Shown: piece by piece, positions 20,327-31,282 of the stretch
Layout: each line of letters begins with the position of its first letter
How positions within the stretch are numbered: the stretch's first letter is position 1
Virus record (IMG/VR): IMGVR_UViG_3300003629_000002
Strand: one strand, 5' to 3'
Length of the DNA: 64,000 nt
From: an uncultured virus (IMG/VR IMGVR_UViG_3300003629_000002)
Taxonomy: Duplodnaviria; Heunggongvirae; Uroviricota; Caudoviricetes
Translations under genes and position numbers: made by a program
Notes under the pieces: generated by a model
Told to the model about the DNA's origin: nothing
The model's input: only the letters and a program-made list of their open reading frames with translations
The model's database searches: none

Positions 20327-22147
20327 ATGGGATTCAACTTTAGCGATACGGCGGAAGACGAGTCCGATGGCGTACCCGAGGAGGAACTCAACTACGATTA
20401 TGACCTCCACGATAATGTCGCCATCGACTTGGTACGGTATGGGCGCTCTCGGGTTGTCAAAAACGAGGAGCAATTCCTGCTGACAACGCTTGGTTATGTA
20501 AGTGGCTTTATGGAAAGCAGTAGCCACTTTATTTCAGGCGTCTTGATTGGTACAGCAGGTTCCGGTAAGACGCACCTTCAGCATCAGGTCGAGGACCTAT
20601 TCCCTGATAATTATCTTTATCAGGCTACCTCTGGTTCTGATACGTCAATTATCTACGACGATACGTGGGAGGATGCGTGGATTGCCTCGTTGGACGAGTT
20701 GCAAAAGCCGTCTGAGAAGATTATCGAGATTCTGAAAAGTCTTCACGGCGACGACGAGGAGTTCACGTATAAGGTTACTGGTGACGGACGCGGCGCTGAC
20801 CGAAGCGTTGACGAGATTAAGCGTTCTGCGATTCCGTACTGGTTCCTGTACGCGCAATACGAGCCTGACTTCGAGATGTGGGACCGTCTGCTGAAGGTTC
20901 CGGTCCACGAATCAAAGGATAAGAACGAGGGCGTCCTTGCGACCAAATGGGACCACTCGATGATTGCCTTTGGCGACAGCGACCACGAGTATATGTTTGA
21001 CTTCAACGATGGATTTCTTGCACTCAAGGACCACATTCGCGAAATGCCGAAAGAGGCGTGGGTGAAGATTCCGGCAGGCGAGGAACAGTTTGGCGGCAAG
21101 GACTTCGTAAAGTATGCAAAGCCAATGTTCGACACCGACCGCTCTGAGACGAATCGTGTCGGTGCAATGGTTGCGAATCTTGTACGTTCATCGGCTCTGC
21201 TGAATCATCATAATCGTGACAAGAAGCGAATCAAGCAATCGAACGAGGGCGTCAAAGAGGCGTACATCGCGGAGCCGCAGGACCTTGCGAACATTCTGAG
21301 TACGCGGGATATTCTGATGGCGACCACGCATCAACTCGACAGAAAGAAGAAGGCACTCTGTGTCGCAATCGAACAGACTGGTGGGACGCGAAATATGTCG
21401 AGTATTAACGATATTCAGGAGCATCTTCGAAAGACCAATGCCTCCTTCGTGAAGCGCCACCAGATTGAGCAGATGCTCGCTGACCTTATCCAGAACTACT
21501 TGGTTGAGAAGCACGAGCGGGCTGGCGAGAATGGTCAGCATCTCTACGAGTTCAAGGGCTGGCAAGCGTTGGGCAAGTTTGAAATCAACGATGATTTCAA
21601 GGAGTTCTTCGATGGCTGTATCGACCCGATTACGGGAGACGACTTCATCGAGACTGCTCGCCGGATTAACAAGGAACTTGAACCGAAGGCGTCTGACTTT
21701 ATGAGCGATACCGAGGTTGACACCTCGCAGAATGAGGATTCGCAAGTCACGCTCGACGGAAGTAAGGCTGGAGCCTTCGAAGACCTTGACCTTGAGCCAT
21801 ACGAGGAAGCCGTCAGAGCCGCGTTGTACGAGACGTTGGACGGTGAACGTATCGACGGCCTCGATGAACACGAGCCGGGTCTGAAGGAGATGCTCGGCCT
21901 CGTGTCCTTCGGAGAGTCTGCGGAAGGTGCAGACATTTCGGGAACAGTCTTTGACCCCGAGAATGAGGTATGGACATACGGTCCTGACGATTGGGTTGAG
22001 ACGCCGCATCAGGCAGAGCGAGAAATCGAGAAAGCGGTTCGAACGTTGACCGAGGAAGGTGTCTTCCGAACCAATACAATTCGAAAGAAGGGCAACCAGC
22101 CGCTTGCGATGAAGGTTGACGTTGCATCGAAGGAGGACGTGCAATGA
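20327..22147 (+). CDS. P-loop AAA+ ATPase, probable replicative helicase
   Basis: Walker A GTAGSGKT, Walker B ASLDE, Arg finger DR. Confidence 0.7.
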   Translation: MGFNFSDTAEDESDGVPEEELNYDYDLHDNVAIDLVRYGRSRVVKNEEQFLLTTLGYVSGFMESSSHFISGVLIGTAGSGKTHLQHQVEDLFPDNYLYQATSGSDTSIIYDDTWEDAWIASLDELQKPSEKIIEILKSLHGDDEEFTYKVTGDGRGADRSVDEIKRSAIPYWFLYAQYEPDFEMWDRLLKVPVHESKDKNEGVLATKWDHSMIAFGDSDHEYMFDFNDGFLALKDHIREMPKEAWVKIPAGEEQFGGKDFVKYAKPMFDTDRSETNRVGAMVANLVRSSALLNHHNRDKKRIKQSNEGVKEAYIAEPQDLANILSTRDILMATTHQLDRKKKALCVAIEQTGGTRNMSSINDIQEHLRKTNASFVKRHQIEQMLADLIQNYLVEKHERAGENGQHLYEFKGWQALGKFEINDDFKEFFDGCIDPITGDDFIETARRINKELEPKASDFMSDTEVDTSQNEDSQVTLDGSKAGAFEDLDLEPYEEAVRAALYETLDGERIDGLDEHEPGLKEMLGLVSFGESAEGADISGTVFDPENEVWTYGPDDWVETPHQAEREIEKAVRTLTEEGVFRTNTIRKKGNQPLAMKVDVASKEDVQ

Positions 22148-23163
22148 ATTGCCCTGATTGCAACGCTGACTTGCGGCAGGTCGGCCTTGAGTATACAGAG
22201 GCAACGGTCCCAATGAACGGAAAGCAGTTCGAGGTTTCGGGATGGGAGTGCGCCGAGTGCGGGTCACTTGTGCATCTACTAACATGAAATCATTTATTTC
22301 AGGAATTGCCGATGTGATGCAAGGGATGATTGATGCATTTCAGTCACTTGCTAATAGAATTGTTGAAATAATTACGGCAATTGGTGATTTCAGGAATCAC
22401 GCCGAGTGTGAAAGAGATGTATGTCACGGCGGAGAATGCATCCATTGCCGAACCCGCAACGCCCACCGTGATGAAATTGTCGGTGACACGATGGCTGGAT
22501 TCTGGCATAAGAACTGCGGCTCGCTGACTACAAGAAGCCGTGGATTTATCTGTCAGGAATGCGGGCGTTCGTTCACAGCACGAAAGACTTAAGTATCTGC
22601 GTATCCTCTTTTACGCTATGAATACAATGGAAGATTTGCGTGAGGAGGTCGCGGTACGGATGCGTCGAGCGATGCACGGTCAGGAAATTGATACGTTTGA
22701 ATCTGATGTTCAAATTCCGCATATGCTTGGCATTACGGAACTTGGCGAAACTCACTCGACCAGCGATGAGGAGCATACAATTCTCGATGAAGAACACGAA
22801 TTTTGGCAGGATTGGCACGACGATGTAGTCACCGGCTATGTCGTTACTGAGAAAATTGAGACTGCTATTCGGTCACTTCGAGAGGACAACGTTCTTCGGA
22901 TTACGTACCCGTATGGCAAAGAGGCAGAGATTGCGTATGTCGAGGTTGACGAAATTGGACGGAATGCAAATATGGATAATACAACTGAATGTACGTCTTG
23001 CGGCGAACGAGTAACGGGCGATGTAAGCATCGAGCCATCGGGTTCGCACTACTCGATTGATATGAAACTCGAATGCGAGAACTGCGGATTCTCCGGTGTC
23101 TTCTCTAAAATTCTGACGAGGAAGTAACGTAAGACTTATATGGAACCGTGTCGTAAGTAGCAT

Positions 23164-23511
23164 ATGGCAATCGTATCATACCGAATCTACTGCGACGACT
23201 GCACAAGAGACGAAGTAATCAGGAAGGATTTCGTTGACGAGTCTCCGTGGAAAGTCAATAGTTTCCATCAGCACTCCGGCGTCTGTCCTGACTGTAATCC
23301 AAAAATTGACGCAAGTAGTGCAGAGTTTGACGATAACAAACTTGAAGTTCCGTTTACCGAACTAAAGGGAATCGGGAGTGGAACTGCGTCAAATCTGCAC
23401 GACGCGGGTATCGAGACTCGTGGCGACGTGCGAGAGGCATCGGACGAGGAACTACGTAACATCTCTGGAGTCGGAGCGACGAGCCTTGAATCTATTAGAG
23501 CGGCAGTATAG
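23164..23511 (+). CDS. Zn-ribbon plus helix-hairpin-helix protein
   Basis: CDDC..CPDC; LKGIGSG and ISGVGA. Confidence 0.8.
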   Translation: MAIVSYRIYCDDCTRDEVIRKDFVDESPWKVNSFHQHSGVCPDCNPKIDASSAEFDDNKLEVPFTELKGIGSGTASNLHDAGIETRGDVREASDEELRNISGVGATSLESIRAAV

Positions 23512-24643
23512 AGACGAGTGGAGCGACGGCTGGACTTGGACGAGACACGGACAGCGTGATGATTCCCGGTTCGACTTCCATCACGACACCATCCAAGATT
23601 TGCACGTTGGTTTCTCCGCAGAGAAGCGTATCATCTACGTGAAGACAGAGGAACCATTTCCAAAGCGTGTGACATTTACAAATGTTACATATCCGTGGCT
23701 TCTTTTATTTGCAATTCTGTGGAGCATTAAGACGATTGTGCCTATCGTGCGAGGGCTTGAGTCTAATCTGTCTTACGATTTATCGGAGCAGTATGACTGA
23801 CCCATTTGCAGAAGCCCTTCCGGTGATTCCATTCACGGATTGGGAGATGACGAAGACGGGATACTACGACGATGGTGCAGTTTATTATTTCGAAAATGAG
23901 TTTTGGCAACTCCGAGCCAATTCAGTAAACGAGCGGATAGTATTCAAACGAAAGACGCACGCCAATGCGGTACAGGTTGACGCAAGTGAACCGATTGTCA
24001 CGAGGGCATACGGAATTATGCTCTACATAGATTCGTGTTACAACAACGGCATTAACCAAACTACTTAAGTGGTTCTGGCTCGTCTGTCTAAGTGTGATGA
24101 ACAAGAGAACTACTGGACAAAATGCAGATTTCCTTAGTATCGCGCTTGAAGAATGTGAGTCGGATAACTACGAAATGGCTCGTGAGTTTATTGATGATGT
24201 TCGTGTGAATCTACTCAATGCGAATAGAGAGACGCAGAGCCAGAAGTTACAGCACGCGCTTAATTGTCTCGATGATGGCGAATATGATGATGCACAGGAA
24301 CTTGTCGGAGGTGTATACGACTCTCTCCTCGAAGAACTCTAATCGAAACGCTTATATGCCTGTATGCCGTATATGCAGGTATGGATAAAAGTAGCGTAAC
24401 GCTTGGACACGGAGAACTGACTGTTGATGCATCGCTGGATGAAATCTCGGATGCACTTGGAAATGATTACATTCTATCTGATACAGCCGAAGGTCGTGAG
24501 TTTGCGTATCTCGCGGCACTTGCGCTTGAGACACAGGACAACGACTCGTATGATATTGAGCGCACGCTGATGGAATTTATTCGGAATGAGGATACACTCA
24601 ATATTGACGCGAGCGACTGCAACGAAATCGAGGCGATTCTTCG

Positions 24644-25447
24644 ATGAATGTTGACGTTCTCGATAGAAGTGATTCTGCTGAGAGGCTTATCTGTCGCGCT
24701 GGACGCGGAGATATGTTCTCTGGCTATGTTGCCGATACAGAGTACGCGGAATTGATGGAGCCTGTCGAGTATGGCACAGACGACATTGCTGGCGCAATTC
24801 GTGAGAATCCAAAGATTGATACCGCATTTCTCGATGAGGATATTGACTCGCTTCCGCAATATATCTACGACGAGGCGGCTACGAGGTCCTTTATTAGAAA
24901 GCAGGCGTCTCGCGGGCATTGGGGAATTTGGGAGCATCCGCAGATTACCTTCGCAGTTGAAGGAATGAGTCGTGTCACGATGGCGCAGATTACGCGGCAT
25001 CGACATCTCTCGTTCGACGTGCAGTCGATGCGGTACGTCGATTTCGATGACCCTGATTACGCAATGCCTGAAAGTCTTACAAACCCTGACCACGCAACTC
25101 GAAGCGAGGGACTCGTATGGGAAGACGTGTCCGACGAACAGCGAGAGGATGCAAAGCACGTCTACGAAAAGGCGCTGAAGAACTGCACGCTTGCATATGA
25201 AAACCTGCTCGAAATGGGTGTTCCTGCCGAGGATGCTCGATATGCATTGCCGCTTGCGACACAGGTGAATGTTACCTTCTCCGGCAATGCTCGAACGATG
25301 CTTCACGTTCTTAACTTGCGTCAACGCGGCAACGCACAATGGGAGATTCGGAATATGAGCGAGGATGTCGTCGCAGAATTGCGAGAGTGGATTCCGTATA
25401 CTGCCGCGTACTGGGACGAGAAGGGTCCGGTTCAGATTAGCCCATAA
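24644..25447 (+). CDS. thyX: Flavin-dependent thymidylate synthase
   Basis: GHWGIWEH, QITRHRHLSFDVQSMRY, EDARYALP, AQWEIR. Confidence 0.97.
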   Translation: MNVDVLDRSDSAERLICRAGRGDMFSGYVADTEYAELMEPVEYGTDDIAGAIRENPKIDTAFLDEDIDSLPQYIYDEAATRSFIRKQASRGHWGIWEHPQITFAVEGMSRVTMAQITRHRHLSFDVQSMRYVDFDDPDYAMPESLTNPDHATRSEGLVWEDVSDEQREDAKHVYEKALKNCTLAYENLLEMGVPAEDARYALPLATQVNVTFSGNARTMLHVLNLRQRGNAQWEIRNMSEDVVAELREWIPYTAAYWDEKGPVQISP

Positions 25448-26109
25448 TGCCTTTCGAATGGGAAGAATCGGACGAGAAATATACCGACTACGAGTCTGCC
25501 AATGAGCAGTCTGCGTCGGATATTGGAAGCGTCAATTGTCCAGAGTGCGGCGACAAGGCATACTGCATCGAGTTTTACCCTGACGCCGACGACCCGGCGT
25601 GGGCATATGAGTGCCACGATTGCGAGATTCATATCACGGCTCGTCCGTCGAAGGTCGTGGCTCACGCAAGCAACATATGAATACTGAAATGCGTGCGCTT
25701 GCCGTGCTGACTCCGGTAATGAATGAGATAATCACAACGGAGACTGACCCGAATAAGAACCACGGCCTCGTTCTGCCTGTCAGACGCGCCTCACGGGATT
25801 TAGTTCGTGACGTGGATAAGATGACGTACTTCGCTGACGAACGCTGTGAGGAGCCGGAGAACGCGCTCTCGAAGGAGTACGCTGTTAACTACCCCAACTT
25901 CGAGGCAATTCGAATGGACGCTGAAGATAATATTGAGACGATTCGGACACATCGTGTCGTTTCTGCAACTGGAAGCCAACTCGCTGTCTACGCGAAGTGG
26001 TTCCATAAGGATGCATCAGATGAACCGCTCGATGCGAGATACGCAGATATGATGCACGAATACGCTAATTTTCGAAAGTTTTAAATAGTTGCGGCTCGTA
26101 ACATATGCT

Positions 26110-26598
26110 ATGTCGGGTCGTATCAAAGAAGCCTGCGTATATTCGCTGAGTGACGACTACGACCCAAATCAAGCGACGTTGGATTCGTGGGGCGACCTAA
26201 TGGAGACAAAGATTGCTGTTGTGTCTCGCCCAAGCGATAAGATGCTTGAAGTAACTGATGAATGCTTCTCGGAACTTGGAATGCCAGAGAAGTATCTCAG
26301 CAGATTTTGGAAACGGCGCTCAGACTATCAACTAAATAGTGCAATTGATAATCCGCACAATCGCGCCTACGAGGATTTGTCGCTCGATACGAAATACATC
26401 GAGCATATTCGAAACTCCGCCGAGGCACAGCGTGCGCTCACGGAACTTGTTTCTCGGATTGAAAACGGGGAATGCATCACGCTCGTCTGTTTCGAAGAAG
26501 GGCACGAGCATTGCCATCGGCACGTTTTACTCGATATAATTGAAAAGAGAATCGAGAATAATTTTATTGCAACCGAGAGAGCCACCCCCGTTGAGTAA
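26110..26598 (+). CDS. DUF488-like protein
   Basis: ITLVCFE....CHRHVL motif. Confidence 0.65.
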   Translation: MSGRIKEACVYSLSDDYDPNQATLDSWGDLMETKIAVVSRPSDKMLEVTDECFSELGMPEKYLSRFWKRRSDYQLNSAIDNPHNRAYEDLSLDTKYIEHIRNSAEAQRALTELVSRIENGECITLVCFEEGHEHCHRHVLLDIIEKRIENNFIATERATPVE

Positions 26599-26604
26599 GC
26601 CGCT

Positions 26605-26742
26605 TCAGACAATAAATTCTTCTCTATCAGGAACGAGTTGGAACGATTCACTACAATCGGGGCAGAACCAATCTCCATTCTGCATCGCAAGTTCCGAATT
26701 GCAATCATCGCAACGATGGGACGAGTATTCGTCACCGGGCAT
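26605..26742 (-). CDS. 45-aa zinc-ribbon microprotein
   Basis: MPGDEYSSHRCDDC...WFCPDC; SD GGAGGTGA. Confidence 0.65.
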   Translation of the reverse strand: MPGDEYSSHRCDDCNSELAMQNGDWFCPDCSESFQLVPDREEFIV

Positions 26743-26861
26743 ATAATCACCTCCGTATATTTTCTATGTCAATATGTACCTTAGTTCTACAAGTATATAA
26801 ACCTTTCGATTTGCGTAGGCTTACCGCTGTTCAGTATTGAGTAAAGAGAGAAGAAGACTGC

Positions 26862-26975
26862 TTAGTTACTGCACGGCGAGAAGAAGCAATTGTTGCACAC
26901 TCCACACGAGGAGTGGCTGGACTTTTCAATTACTCCTTCACCGCAGGACGGGCAAAGTTCTTGCATTGCGCTCAT
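26862..26975 (-). CDS. 37-aa Cys-rich peptide resembling the class II RNR C-terminal Zn-ribbon/redox tail
   Basis: MSAMQELCPSCGEG...CGVCNNCFFSPCSN; SD GGAGGTGA; directly downstream of nrdJ. Confidence 0.65.
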   Translation of the reverse strand: MSAMQELCPSCGEGVIEKSSHSSCGVCNNCFFSPCSN

Positions 26976-27051
26976 TCGTCGTCACCTCCTTTCTTGATGA
27001 TGTATTCTCGTTCGTGCGATACCTGACTGCCTAATTTTAGAATTTCATCCA

Positions 27052-30000
27052 TCATAGTTCAGACTCCACGTAGTTCTCAGCGTCTTCGAGGAACTGCTCG
27101 ATGTCTTCCTCGGTCCATTCCGCATCGTCGTCCATCTCGATAAGAATCTCACGAGCCGCCTCCTGCTTCTTATCAAGATTATTGTCAACACGAGTCGTCA
27201 GCACTTGCTCATCACGAGAGCCGTCGCGGTAGAACGTCAGACCCTTAATCGTTTGGCCGAGTTCGTCTTCGTCAAGCGCGAGCATAAAGGCTTCGTGAAC
27301 GTCGTTCCGGGTTGCGTCATTCGGCGCATTGATTGTCTTACTGATACCGGAATCAACGAACTCCTGAAACGCTCTTTGCATCATCCCGTGTTCGCGTGAC
27401 GAGAGGTCGTTCGTTGTTACGAAGACCTTTGCAATATTTTCGGGAATATCGAGGTCGTCAACTCCGTCGAACTCGTTGTTTCGCATCTTTGTTTCAGCAT
27501 CTTCCTTGATGCTCTCCACATCGAGTCCGTTCGCCTCAAGCGTCTTGAGGAAGTAGTCGTCAAATTCGACGAGCATATCGCTTCCCTGAATGTCGTCTCC
27601 GACGTTCTTGAAGTTTGCGACGTTGTACGCAGGTTCACAACCGCCGGTCGTGTTACCAATCATTGAAGTTGTCCCGGTCGGAGCGATTGTCGTCGTATTG
27701 TGATTGCGAATCGGGAAGCCATCTTCCCAATCGTCAGCACTTTCGTAAGTATGCCCCTCGAACCACTCACGGTACTTCTGCGGGTCGGCGTACTTCGACT
27801 CGTCCCAGTAGTCGAACGAGCCGCGCTCTTGAGCGAGTTCGTGACTCATCTGGACAGACTCCTTATCAATGAAGCCCATCACGACACGGGCCGCCTGATA
27901 CGAGTTATCGCTTCCATACGGGATTCCCATCTGGTAGAGCATCTGCGCCCATCCCATAATCCCGAGGCCAATCTTTCGCTGACCCTTCACGCGCTCTGAG
28001 ATTTGTTCAAGCGGGAACTCGCTTTGGGTTACAACGTTATCGAGGAACCGAGTGCCGTGTCGGGTAATCATCTGCAACTGCTCCCAATCAACGTTCTCCT
28101 CGCAGTAGTCCGTTACTGCGTTCTTCTCGAACTGATAATCGTAATCGACAGTTTTCTTCCATTCCTCGAACGGAATAGAATCCGACTTCATCATCAGGCT
28201 CAGATTAACGTGCCCGAGGTTGCACGCCTCGAACGCGGAGAGCGGCTGTTCGGCGCATCCACGATTGACATAGCCTTCAGTAACCCACGTATCTGAACCA
28301 GAACAGTAGAGGTCAAAGACAGTTTCTTTTTCCTCAAGAACCTCAATAGATTCGACAGTTGCTTTCCACAGACCGCCGGTTAGCATAAAGTCAGTTCGTA
28401 GCGTTTCAAGACGTTCGCCTTTACTTGTGTGGTAATTTGACAGTCGAGTGTTTCGAACAAATGTGTCAGCAGACTCGCCAGCGATGTGAATATTGTAGAG
28501 AGTGTACGTCTCATCATTACCAATTTCACTTCCATCACCCCGAGTTCCGCCACGATTCTTTCTCTTGTCTTCGTAAATCCGAGCGTGCATACCCACATTG
28601 AGGGCAAGATTTCGGATGTTGTTAGCCAACTTTTCCGAAGACGTAGACCAGCGAATCTGAGGCCGGTTAGAAGACATACTAACACTACCATCAGTAGCCA
28701 ACATACCGTCAAGGAACCCTTGGACTCCCGCCCGAGTCTTAAATTCAGTCACATCCACACTTTTTTCGTAACTGTATTCGGGGTTGAGATTGTGGTCTTC
28801 AATGACTTTCTCTGCGTCTGCAATCCAAAGCTTGACCGACTTGTTTCGACCGCTGGTATCAAGCTCTCCGACATTGTAACCAGCATCCTCAAACAGTTCT
28901 CGGACGTTCTGATTGAATGTGGTATCATCTTCACTCGAACTAATTGAAAGTCGATTGTTCACATCAATTGTCTTCTGTGTGTATCCCCCATCTCCGGTGA
29001 GGATACCACGTCGGAGTTGATACTTGTAATCTTCTTCAGTCCCTTTACTCTCAAGCGTTGATGGTTCAAGTCGAATCTTATCACCCTCAGAAATATCTCG
29101 GAGAGGAGTGTTTTTATCCACACTCTTTTTCCCGTCAAGAACGTGGAAGCGATGGTCTTCTGTCGCCTTAACACTACCACCATCACTTAGATTGACTTGA
29201 TAGACCTCTTTATCCTCAAAGGTTAGAATCTCATCAACAGATTCGGTTCCATAAACAGTTGAAATTTTATTTCCTTCGCTAACGTTTTCGGCACGAATTA
29301 GTCCGTTAGGAGTGTTAACGAGCGTGTCGCCCGTGACGCACGGATTGGTCGCATTGATTGCATGTTGCGGGTACTCGTCTGCGTCGAAGGAATGCTTGCG
29401 GTTCGTCTCGTCGTAGTGGAACAGACCCGGCTCACCATTGCGCCACGCTCCGTCGATAATGAGGTCCCAAATGAAGCGAGCGGGAAGCGTCATTTCTTCG
29501 CCAACCTCAAGACTGAAGCGAGACTGGTCCCACTTTTCTGCGAGCGGAATCTTCTCGTCGGTGTCGTAATCAGGGTGTGCGACGATGGTATCAGCGTAGT
29601 CTCGCCACAGGTTCTCGTCTACAAGTTCCATCCCAACCTTATCCTCAGCATTCGCCTGCTGGAAGTCTTTCGGGTTGTCAGCGTACTCGGGAGAGTAGAA
29701 CTTCTTCGTTTCTTCGAGAACTGCCTGCGGCTCCGAGAAGTCGGACTGCGGGTCGTAGATTGCGTAGTCTTCGTCGTTGCGAACAGCCTCGATAAATTCA
29801 TCCGTGAGAGCGACAGAGATATTGAAGTTATCGAGGACACCCTCGACACGTTTTGCTGTAATGAATCGACCAATGTCGGCGTGGTCAATTCGCATAATAC
29901 CCATCTGTGCCCCTCGTCGCTTTCCTCCCTGCTTCACCGTTTCGCACGTCTCGTCGTAGAGACGCATAAACTGCATTGGACCGCTGGTTTCAGATTCGGT

Positions 30001-30483
30001 TGACCGAATGTACGCTCCCTTTGGCCGAAGATGACTGAAACTGTAGCCAACTCCGCCGCCACTCTTGAAAATCTGACCAGCGTGCTTCACCGTATCGAGA
30101 ATGGACTCTCGACCAAACTCGTCTTCCTCTGCCATCGAATCGCCCGGCTCAAGGACGAAGCAGGCCGAGAGTTGCTGAAGGCTCGCTCCTGCGTTCATTA
30201 GAGTCGGGCTGTTCGGCATAAACTGAAGCGTACTCATCATATGCTCGAACTCGTCGGCCCACATCTCCTGAGCCACTTCATCGCTTTCCGCACCAGCGAC
30301 GTTCTCTGCGACTCGATTGAATAGGTCTTCCGGGTCCTCACCTTCGAGGAGATACCGTGCTGGAAGAATATTGTGATATGCGTTTCCAGTCATTCGTTCC
30401 TTGACCGATTCAGTCTCGTCTACCGAGAGAATCGGCATCTCTACTTCTACTTCTTTCTCTGATGCTTGTGTTTGTTGAGTCAT
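27052..30483 (-). CDS. nrdJ: Adenosylcobalamin-dependent (class II) ribonucleotide reductase with intein
   Basis: PNSPTLMNAG, LSACFV, GGGVG, QGGKRRGA, NP/CAEQ, CNLG, TIAPTGT, ISKTIN, KGLTFYRDGSR. Confidence 0.95.
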   Translation of the reverse strand: MTQQTQASEKEVEVEMPILSVDETESVKERMTGNAYHNILPARYLLEGEDPEDLFNRVAENVAGAESDEVAQEMWADEFEHMMSTLQFMPNSPTLMNAGASLQQLSACFVLEPGDSMAEEDEFGRESILDTVKHAGQIFKSGGGVGYSFSHLRPKGAYIRSTESETSGPMQFMRLYDETCETVKQGGKRRGAQMGIMRIDHADIGRFITAKRVEGVLDNFNISVALTDEFIEAVRNDEDYAIYDPQSDFSEPQAVLEETKKFYSPEYADNPKDFQQANAEDKVGMELVDENLWRDYADTIVAHPDYDTDEKIPLAEKWDQSRFSLEVGEEMTLPARFIWDLIIDGAWRNGEPGLFHYDETNRKHSFDADEYPQHAINATNPCVTGDTLVNTPNGLIRAENVSEGNKISTVYGTESVDEILTFEDKEVYQVNLSDGGSVKATEDHRFHVLDGKKSVDKNTPLRDISEGDKIRLEPSTLESKGTEEDYKYQLRRGILTGDGGYTQKTIDVNNRLSISSSEDDTTFNQNVRELFEDAGYNVGELDTSGRNKSVKLWIADAEKVIEDHNLNPEYSYEKSVDVTEFKTRAGVQGFLDGMLATDGSVSMSSNRPQIRWSTSSEKLANNIRNLALNVGMHARIYEDKRKNRGGTRGDGSEIGNDETYTLYNIHIAGESADTFVRNTRLSNYHTSKGERLETLRTDFMLTGGLWKATVESIEVLEEKETVFDLYCSGSDTWVTEGYVNRGCAEQPLSAFEACNLGHVNLSLMMKSDSIPFEEWKKTVDYDYQFEKNAVTDYCEENVDWEQLQMITRHGTRFLDNVVTQSEFPLEQISERVKGQRKIGLGIMGWAQMLYQMGIPYGSDNSYQAARVVMGFIDKESVQMSHELAQERGSFDYWDESKYADPQKYREWFEGHTYESADDWEDGFPIRNHNTTTIAPTGTTSMIGNTTGGCEPAYNVANFKNVGDDIQGSDMLVEFDDYFLKTLEANGLDVESIKEDAETKMRNNEFDGVDDLDIPENIAKVFVTTNDLSSREHGMMQRAFQEFVDSGISKTINAPNDATRNDVHEAFMLALDEDELGQTIKGLTFYRDGSRDEQVLTTRVDNNLDKKQEAAREILIEMDDDAEWTEEDIEQFLEDAENYVESEL
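28258..29340 (-). mobile_element. 361-aa intein with LAGLIDADG endonuclease and atypical C-terminus (…YVNRG/C)
   Basis: Starts CVTGDT after ATNP; block B ATEDHRF; GILTGDG and FLDGMLATDG; VFDL; extein resumes CAEQPL. Confidence 0.9.
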
Positions 30484-30587
30484 TGTTATGTCACCGTCAA
30501 ATGCGAGAGCCATCCCTATGTGAATTACGATTCTCGCATCCAACTTCGGGATATTAGTGTATGCGTTCCGGGTACTTAAGCCTTTCG

Positions 30588-31136
30588 TTATTCCCGAGAG
30601 TTGAATTGCATTCCAGAAGGAGTGGCTCCCGACTGTCCCTGATACTGCGAACCGCGTTCCTCGCCATACGGCGTTTCAACGCCGCTGACTGGAGTAAACC
30701 AGATTTGGCATACTCTGTCGCCTGCATATAATTTCACCGGATGCTGTCCCTCGTTTTCAATCTCTAACGTGATTTCTCCACGAAATCCGGGGTCGATGAA
30801 GCCAGCCGTCTTGTGAATTACAACATCCAAGCGACCAAGGCTCGACCGACCGATTACATTTGCCGCGAGGTCGTCAGGCATTCCGATAGTTTCCATCGTC
30901 GTTCCGAGTATCGTTTCACCCGGATATAGTTCGAGTTCGTCTACCTCAAAGTTTCGCGTCTCGAACGAGTCATCATCGTGTGTATCAATCGTTCGACCTG
31001 TGGGTTCAATCGTTGTAAAATTTCGTCCAAGGCGTAAGTCAACCGATGCCGGTTCGACGTGTTCAGGAACAAAGGGATTAATATACAAATCCCCCGATTC
31101 AACCCTCTCAATAATTTCCATCTCTCCAAGAATCAT
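30588..31136 (-). CDS. dcd: dCTP deaminase
   Basis: PASVDLRLG, GRSSLGRL, AGFIDPGFRGEITLE, YQGQ. Confidence 0.95.
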   Translation of the reverse strand: MILGEMEIIERVESGDLYINPFVPEHVEPASVDLRLGRNFTTIEPTGRTIDTHDDDSFETRNFEVDELELYPGETILGTTMETIGMPDDLAANVIGRSSLGRLDVVIHKTAGFIDPGFRGEITLEIENEGQHPVKLYAGDRVCQIWFTPVSGVETPYGEERGSQYQGQSGATPSGMQFNSRE

Positions 31137-31282
31137 TATATGATAATGGCTCTCGGAGAACTTAAATATTTCGGTTTGAGTCGAATCGGGGGCTACGTCT
31201 GCATTCTATCTAATGTGCGTCGGCACGCTTAATGCAAATTTCAACCGCAAGACTTATAAGTAATTAGGTTGTATACATAGAT

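Noticed and set aside
21188..22285. 365-aa minus-strand ORF (likewise 24467-25339 and 46679-47452)
   Set aside because: Antisense shadows of well-supported plus-strand genes
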